This document shows, one piece after another, positions 56,342-64,000 of a stretch of DNA of 64,000 bases. Made by a program: the position numbers and the translations under genes. The DNA comes from Paraspadella gotoi (taxonomy: Eukaryota; Animalia; Chaetognatha): contig CM119269.1 in NCBI GenBank assembly GCA_051294375.1, positions 4,794,686 through 4,858,685 on the forward strand, in the 5' to 3' direction. A model generated the notes under the pieces. It was not told the origin of the DNA, ran no database searches, and was given only the letters and a program-made list of their open reading frames with translations. How positions within the stretch are numbered: position 1 is the stretch's first letter; each line of letters starts with the position of its first letter.

Positions 56342-57853
56342 CGGCGAGGCGCATATACTTGAAGTTCGGCGGACCCAATTTCGGTCACTCTATTGTTTTC
56401 CGGCAGCCGGCTATTGTTCTCTCCGTCGCGGTCAGGTCGCGGACCTGTCCCGACCTGACCCCGAGGGGTCATTTCTTCTCTTCTCTTCTCTTTCTCTTCC
56501 CTCGTCGCGCGGCATCTGGTCAGAGTCCGCGATACCAACGGAGCTGAAGTCCGGAGTCTGCTCTTTCTTTAATCCCAAAAGAATTAAAAGAATATAAACA
56601 AGGAAAAATATAAACGAAATAAATGAAAAAGAAAAAAAGGAAGGAAAGAAATTAAGGAAAGAAAGAAAGAAAAACAGGAGATATTAAAGAAAGAAAGAAA
56701 GAAAGAAAGAAAGGGAAAAACTAGAAAAAAAAGAAAACGAAAGAAGGAATAAAAAGATAAAGTTAATTAAAATTAAAAAAATAAAGTAAATTAGCCACTG
56801 CCAAAATTCACGAATTAAGAAATAAATTAACAACCTATTCATTTAGATTTAATTTCTTTTTATTTATTAATTTTTAATTTTCTATCTTCCTGATTTTGAA
56901 TTTTCTGACTTACTTCTTTTCCCTTAATTTTTGTTTATTATATTTTTAATAAATTTTCATTTGTTTTATTGGTATTTATATTTTTATTAAAAATGAAGGG
57001 ATAATTTTTATTTGGTTGTTAAAGTATTTATTATTAGTAAAAGGAAAATTTTGTGAGAGAAATCACAGCGCAGCAACAACTCGGAGTTGCTGTTTCTGTT
57101 TAATCCGTTAGTTTCTTTAAATTTAGACAAAAGCAAACATTTTTACTTTTTTAATAATAGTTTTTAAATTTTGTGCTCTGTTTTAGAATTTTTTCAGTTG
57201 GTAACAAAGTTTTACTATTATTTTATCATTCGCCTTATTAACTAATTTTTAATATAAAAATAAATTTCTTGATCGTCGTCAGCCAAATAAATAATTCGGA
57301 AAAACAACGATGTTATAAAAACAATTCAAACATTGTAATTAAGTTTTATCTCTCTCTCTTCAAAATGCCCCCAGTTTTAGTTCCTTGTATTCCAAAAGTG
57401 ATTTTGATATTATGAGCTAGTTTTTGCCCAAAAAATGATACATATTTTTTAAAAAATAAAACCTATAATAAAATAAATTGCGAACAATTTCTTTGCTTTG
57501 TTTCACTTTCAGGTTGATCTTTTTACAGGGTTTTTAATTTTTTTTATTAATTTTAATATAAATATTCATTAGAAAAAACTAAAAAAGAATTTTTCCCGGC
57601 CCCGACCACGCATCTCCGCCCGGACGTAGTCCTATTGATTCGCGGATTTCTCCGGATCAGAGATTATTTCTCTCGATTCCGCGACCTCGAGTTCCCGCGG
57701 AAAGATTGCCGGTCGACGTGTCCGGCCATGGTGGACCGACAAAAGGCTCGGTGCCCGGACAAGCCGTGGCTTCCCTCTGCCGCGAATCTTCGATATACCC
57801 ATGCTCTTTCTCTTCTCTCCTCTCCTCTCTCTCTCTCTCTCTCTCCCCTCTCT

Positions 57854-57902
<49 letters not shown>

Positions 57903-58002
57903 TCTTCTCTCTCTCTCCTCTCTTCTCTCTCTCTCTATCTCTCCTCCCATCTTCTCTCTCTTCTTCTTTCTCTCTCTCTCTCCTCTCTCTCTCTCCTTCT
58001 CT

Positions 58003-58038
<36 letters not shown>

Positions 58039-59489
58039 TCTCTCTCTCTTCTCTCTCTCTCTCTTCTCTTTCTCTCTCTCTCTCTCCCTCTCTCTCTCTC
58101 TTCTCTCTCTTCTCTCTCTCTCTTCTCTCTTCTCTCTCTCTCTCTCTCTCTCCTTCTCCTTCCCGGAATGTATCCCGACTCAGCGTGCGCGCCGAGGGCG
58201 AAAGAACCGTCCACGAGGCCAATGCGTTTGCAGTCACGAGGCTGTGTGAGCCTATGACTCATATGGTATCCAGTATGACAGTGTGCGTCGATATGCAGGT
58301 ATAAGGATGATATTCGAATAATTTACCGGTTGAGTCTGTTTGTTCGAAGGGATATGAATATTCCGAGTTAAAACAAACGTGCTATGTTAACTGAGATACT
58401 TTGGTTTCCTCCGTAAGCAACTGAATATATTATTTATATATGAACGCTGAATTCGGTTTTCATTGGTGAGAAACGCCAATTCTGCATTTCCGTGAAGTCT
58501 GTGACTTTATTATAATGTGAGCTTACTGTGATGTCGTGTGACTCTCTTTAGGAGTGAGATTCTGTGAGCCTGGAATGCGTAACCCTGTAAAGTCTTGTGA
58601 CTCTGTGATAGAACTGTGGAGAGGCGAAGCAACGGCGAAGAGCACTTCTCTCACAACGATCGCGGGTTTTTCACCCCATCTGTGGACACCACCGTGACGC
58701 CCCGTCACGTTTGTGCTCGCGGGTGAAGCCTCTGACTTATCGCCCATTAAACTTTCATCCATTACTTCGATTTCTACTTATATATTTCCCCGATTCTCGA
58801 GACCAATTGCCACTTCCAGAATTCTTGTCCAGTCTTTTTTATTTTTCCGACGAAATCATTACCTATTTGACCGGTTCCAACCTTTTTACGAGCAAAACTT
58901 ATTTAACTCCCTTTGTACGCCAAAACTTGTTTAATCTTTACGCCAAAACTTTTTAAACTCTTTTTCGCCACTTGTTTAACACTTTTGACACCAAAATTTT
59001 TAACTCTTTATGCAAAACTCAGGTTTCGCAAAAAAAGTGTAATGGAGTTTAGTCCATCTCATAGGCAAAAGTCATTGGGATAGTTGTGCAATGCGCATTG
59101 TGTAATGCAATTGGCATTGCGGCACATTTGAGATTTCAATTTGCGATCAAGTTAAAGATCTCTCTCTTTCTCTCTCTCTCTCTCTGGGCTCGACGCCTGA
59201 AAGCATTTGTCACGGATTCGTTTCAAAACATCTGTTACAGATGTTGTCTGCGTCGAGCGTCGTCGAGTTTTTTCGCTTCATTTGTTATAAAACTTCTTCT
59301 TTTCATCGAATTTTCTTTCGTCTTCATTATTCATTTCCTTTTTTTTTTTTGCGTTTTCCTCCCAATTTTTTTTAAGTTTGCCCTATTTCTAATACTTACA
59401 ACCGTTAGTTTGAATTATAAATATTATTTGCAATATCAGATTAGGATATCCCCTATTTTCTTTTGTTTGTAAAGGAAAGGAATGATTAC

Positions 59490-59607
59490 AAGTACTTCTG
59501 CTGCTTGCTAAAGCCCGACTCTTTTTCGCTGCTTGCCTAGATTCCCAGCACTTGTAGAGACTTTCTCTCGGACCCTGCAATTGCAATTGCTCCCTTAAAG
59601 AAACCAT
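59490..59607 (-). CDS. Candidate cytoplasmic exon following the TM exon
   Basis: aacag|ATG at 59607; MVSLREQLQLQGPRESLYKCWESRQAAKKSRALASSRST; joining it to the TM exon requires one indel. Confidence 0.4.
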
Positions 59608-59645
59608 CTGTTCTTAACACCGCTCCCCCCCCTTCGGCCACTCAC

Positions 59646-59813
59646 CCTTGCCCGGTGCTTGCTTGCGGCTGACCCTTGTTCTGCTGCTTGCAAAGGACGG
59701 CGATTAGCGCCACCAAGCAGACGGAGAAGATGAAGAGGATCCCGGCGACGACGGCCTCGACTATGGAGTGTTGACGCATTTGGGAGGCGCGAGAACCTTC
59801 GGGGTAGAGGTCG
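59646..59813 (-). CDS. Exon encoding a single-pass transmembrane helix
   Basis: Pyrimidine tract plus ctccag| ... AAGG|GTGAGT; 168 nt, phase 2-2; DLYPEGSRASQMRQHSIVEAVVAGILFIFSVCLVALIAVLCKQQNKG. This frame is absent from the ORF track. Confidence 0.8.
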
Positions 59814-60200
59814 CTGGAGAGGGGGGAGGAAGAGGGGGGGAGGAGGAGGAGGAAGAGGAGGAGGGAAAGAAACAGGAGAGGAGAAAGATGGAGAGAAGGA
59901 ATAGGAGAACAAACAGAGAGAGAAATGTGAAAGAGCGATTAATAAGACATGAAGTTAACTGATTTTAAAGTAACAAAATGTTTGTAAAAAGTCATTCATC
60001 GAACGGTGAAAACTTAATCGTAAGCAATTCCGTATTCGTCGTGTCAAAGAAACTTCGCCGAGACATTATTCTCTCTCTCTCTCCCTCTCTCCCTCTCTTC
60101 AGGCTTGACTTTTTTTTCTCTGGTGCTTGTAAAACCTTATCCAGCCATAAAGATAAATTAAATGTTTCCTCATTAATAAAAGAAAGGAAAAAAATCATAC

Positions 60201-60258
<58 letters not shown>

Positions 60259-60668
60259 TCTCTCTCTTCTTTCTCTCTACTCTCTCTCGGCTTCGTCGTC
60301 GTCGTTATCGTCATCCTTTCATTTTCGTGATCGTCGTCGTCATCATCGTCGTTTCCTCGTCGTCATTATCGTTCTTTTCGTGATTTATATTATATATATA
60401 TTTATATTTATATATTTATATTATCATAGTCGTGCTCATCGTCAGCTGGTCGATTCTACGGCGAAGTTCTCGTCGTGGTCATCCTCATCATCGTCGTCGT
60501 CGTCGTCAAAGTCGTCGGCATCGTCGTCGTGGTCAAGGGTCATGGCTCACAATTTTTTTCCCGCCAAAAAAAATTCAAAATTTAAAGGCTGCGGACGACG
60601 AGGAAACTTGTAAGGGTCATTGACCTCGTGCGTGATTTTCCGGTTGTAAATTTTTGTCTCCGATAGAT

Positions 60669-60671
<3 letters not shown>

Positions 60672-60721
<50 letters not shown>

Positions 60722-61090
60722 GTCATCAATCACCATTACTAATGTAACATGTTAACCGATTAATTTCAAATTTTAGTCGTATTTATCAAATTATTTTAAT
60801 TATCAAGTCACCAGCTTTGATCTTTTGTCTATAACAGATCCACCGCCGCGCCCTCCAGTGTTTCTTCTCGAGCGGAAAATCGTCCTCGAACTTTTAACCT
60901 TGAGTCGTGTCGCAAGTGGACCGCGTCGTCGCTATCGTCGTCGCTATCGTCGTCGCTATCGTCGTCGCTATCGTCGTCGCTATCGTCGTTGCTATCGTCG
61001 TCCTCGTCGTCGTCGTCGCTTAGATCATTATAGTTGTCGCCATCGTCATCATCATCATCATCATCATCGTCATCATCATCATCACTACTA
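60672..61090. repeat. (CAT)n tracts and 12-bp (CGTCGTCGCTAT)n minisatellite
   Basis: (CAT)n at 60672-60728 and 61040-61085; about 6 copies of CGTCGTCGCTAT at 60924-60995. Confidence 0.92.
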
Positions 61091-61209
61091 TCAACTTTTA
61101 TTAAAATCTTAGTTTAAAACTAAGCGTTCTTTCTGGTTCTAATTGTCTTGATGAAGGTCTTCTCGGTTCTCGTCGTTATATCGCCTTTACCCTTACGCCA
61201 CATTTTTCA

Positions 61210-61254
<45 letters not shown>

Positions 61255-62009
61255 TCTTCGGGTTTGGGGAATTCTTGGCGCCTCCCGCGGCCACGTTTGG
61301 GAGGCAAACAAAAGCAAACAAATGGCGAAATCTGTTATTCCTTGGGAAAAGCGGGAAAAAGGGGCTGCCGTGCTGCCCTCTATCGCTTTCCTCGTTTCGC
61401 TTTTCTTGTTTGCGCTTTCCTTCCGATTATCTTCTCTTTGTCTCGTTTTCTCTCCTATTTTTTAACCTTTGTTTCCCTCTTTTCTATTATCTACGTTTCT
61501 TTTTCACTTTTCCGCGTATCATCTCCGTTTTGTTACGCTTTTTTATGTCTTTGATTTTTTTTTTTTTTTGACTCATCCGTCTGTTATTTTTCGTCGTCGT
61601 TCGTGCGTCATCATCGTCGTTATTTTTGTCGTCGTTGTCTTCGCGTCGTCGTCGTCATCATCGTCGTTATTTCGTCGTTATTTTCGTTCGTCGTCTCGTT
61701 TCACATGTTTCTTGTCGTCGTCGTCGTAAAAAAAATGATAAGAGAGGATAAAAACAAGGACTCGCAGTGCATGAGCCAAAAAAAGGGAACAAATAAAACA
61801 AAATAAAAACAAACACGACCTTTAGTTTCTTTCCTTTTTTTTTATTCTCCATTTTCTTTTTTTTTTCTGCATGCTGCGCCATTTCTCCTCCGGCCTTATT
61901 TTCCCAGAACGCCGCCCCATTTTATATTTTATTTATAACTAGGTTAAAGGTTAATTAGGTTAAAGGTTAATTAGGTTAAATGTTATCGTAATGTAAGAGG
62001 TTATGGATT

Positions 62010-62075
62010 ATGGTTGGGGATTAGGGTTTGGGGATTAGGGTTGGGGATTAGGGTTTGGGAATGGGGTTGGGGAAT
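62010..62075 (+). repeat. Degenerate TTAGGG-variant G-rich tract
   Basis: GGTTGGGGATTAGGGTTTGGGGATTAGGGTTGGGGATTAGGGTTTGGGAATGGGGTTGGGG; more variants near 62120 and 62597-62630. Confidence 0.8.
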
Positions 62076-62785
62076 GTGTTAGTGGGATTATGATTAGGAA
62101 TCTATGTTTACTAATTGTTTAGGGTTAAGGGTTAGCCTAATTTTAACTCATAATTATTACTAAATATAGCCAACTTTTAATAACACATACAATTTATAAA
62201 CTTATCAAAATATTTTTTTAAGCCTTTATTTTTATATTTTAAAAGGTAATGAAATTTTTTTTAATTTTAATAATTTTATTTATCGTAACTTATAATGTTT
62301 GNNNNNNNNNNTATTACTAAATATAGCTAAATTTTAATAAAACATAAAATTTATAAACTTACCAAAATATTTTTCTGAGTCTTTATTTTTATATTTTAAA
62401 AGCTAATGAAAATTTTATTAAAATTTTAATAATATGATTTATCGTAACTTATAATGTTTGCGCTATTTTATTAACATTTTATATACATTAACAATCGTCA
62501 CTTCCGACAAGTAAGATGAAATTCTCAAGTAATTCACCAGTAAAATAATTATGAATGGAATTTGATATCTTATATTTTGTTATCTTTGAACTCTAAGGTT
62601 TAGGGCTAAGGATTTGGTTAGTGTTAGGGTTGAGAGGATTAACCAAAAACCCTTTCCCCTTTCACTCCGCCTTTTTTTTTACTTCTTTTTTTTTCCGGCG
62701 CGAAAAGAAAAAAGATAAAAAAAAAAAGAAAAAACTGAAAATTTCATCATAAATATTAGAGAGTGAAAAAAAAAAAATTGTGAAC

Positions 62786-63526
62786 CTTTTCTACTTCCGC
62801 TTCGTTGTTTACGATCCAACGAGGAGAGATGATCTTTTGTCGTCGATTGAAAAGACGATGTCGTTTCCGTCGTCGCCGTCGTCGTCGTCGCCGTCGTTGT
62901 TTTCGGTTCCCGTTCGTCGTCGCCGTCGTCTTCGCCGTTGGCCTTTTTCTCCTCTTCGCCTTCGCCCTCGTTTTCGTCGTCGGCTTCGTCGTCTCCCCTC
63001 TCGCTCTTATTTTCCCCGTTGACGACGCAGAGCGGGTGACAGGCTTGAACGGGGCGCGCGCTCAAGGCGCCGGAGCCCAACGTCGCCGCGGCGCCGCAGC
63101 CAACGCCGCGGGAGAAGGCGCCGGGCTGCATCGGGAGTCCGGTGCCCGGATCGAGGACGACGCCGCCTCCGCGTTGGAGATGCAGCAAAGTCGCTGCGGC
63201 GGCGGCCGACTTGGACGTCGCCGGGGTGACGGTGGCGTAGTTGGCGGCGTTGCCGTAATTGGACGCCGAAGACGTCGGCGCCACTTGGAAGGCGGAGAAG
63301 TCGAGGGCGCCGCCGGTGGCTGCGACGATAGCCGCGGCGGCGTCGTCGTCTCGAGGCGAAACGACGCCGGAGACGTCGAGGGGATCGAGACAGACGCCGA
63401 TGCCGGATTCCAGCTGCTGCTGCTGCTGAAGCTGCAGCATCTCGGCCATGGCGGCCTTAGGGATTGTGGCGCCCATGGAGGAGTAGCTTTGCTGCAAACC
63501 CGCGATGCTGTTGCCAGAGAGAGGCA
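62786..63526 (-). CDS. Large coding exon: low-complexity Q/A/G-rich segment followed by an acidic and Thr-rich tract; gene unidentified
   Basis: Branch-point-like CTAAC (63549-63553) plus ttcttcttttcag acceptor; about 247 stop-free GC-rich codons (PLSGNSIAGLQQSYSSMGATIPKAAMAEMLQLQQQQQLESG...). The 3' boundary is uncertain (weak donor AAG|GTTCAC). Confidence 0.8.
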
Positions 63527-64000
63527 CTGAAAAGAAGAAGGTGAGTTCGTTAGGGAGTTCAACAAGCTGCTGGCGAAGAGTTGAAAAATATTGTTGTCTT
63601 TTCTGAAAAATTTGTTTTTTTTCCTGAATTTCATAAATATTACAGATTAGTTAGAACGTTAGAACTTTGAATCGGAATTGTTTTACTTCGCCGACGGAAA
63701 AGATTTATACTAAATGTCAAACTCTGGAATTTTATACAAAAAAGTCGAAGGAAATCATGGATTCGGAAGACGAAAGAACTATTTCTATAAATAAACATTT
63801 GTGATGAAAAAACAAAAACTGAAAAAAAGAAAAAAATTAATGATTTTAATACCAATAAGTATATCAATAGTGCTTTATTTGTTGGATATAAACTTTTGAA
63901 GGATCCCGAGTACCATCAACTTATCTTATCCTAAACTTGTTAAATAAATAATTAATTTATAAATTCCAATTAAACATCTACTCACCTCCGTACTGCCCTC

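Larger units (their letters stand above)
52350..59155 (+). repeat. Mosaic tandem duplication: 52350-52955~58552-59155; 53267-55290~56550-58550; 55306-55870~55993-56549
   Basis: Direct matches such as GAGTGAGATTCTGTGA at 52349/58552 and TCCGGAGTCTGCTCTTTCTTTAATCCC at 53266/56550; indel-rich differences; 25-N gaps at 52324 and 55872. Confidence 0.92.

Noticed and set aside
62010-62075. True telomere
   Set aside because: Short, degenerate and internal, with genic sequence on both sides.
62805-63530. 241-aa plus-strand ORF
   Set aside because: Antisense shadow of the GC-rich minus-strand exon, which has the splice signals.

Overview
Eukaryotic (probably invertebrate animal) draft-genome DNA: AT-rich, intron-rich, saturated with (GA/CT)n, (GAC/GTC)n, (GAA)n and (TTAA)n microsatellites and broken by many N gaps, eight of them exactly 25 N. 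Much of the window is the same sequence repeated two or three times in shuffled or inverted order, with indel-dominated differences. This looks like noisy long-read gap filling or unmerged haplotypes, so most ORF-track entries are repeat artefacts and real exons carry frameshifts. Supportable content: (1) a near-intronless XK-related (Xkr scramblase-like) gene on + at about 10980-12563 with an unusual Cys-rich loop; (2) several splice-site-bounded exons on -, including LRR-like exons (41.9 kb, 40.8/25.8 kb), an Ig-domain exon (33.5 kb), a single-pass TM exon (59.7 kb), a Q/A/G-rich exon (63 kb) and a clean 65-codon exon of unknown family (19.1 kb); (3) a decayed Penelope-like reverse transcriptase, apparently 5'-inverted; (4) a multicopy Helentron/DINE-1-like element family; (5) a 2.15-kb element with GC-rich inverted arms; (6) several minisatellites. 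I found no rRNA, tRNA or CRISPR array and no convincing wholly new biological system. The best novelty candidates are the Xkr loop insertion and a possible LRR-Ig receptor.
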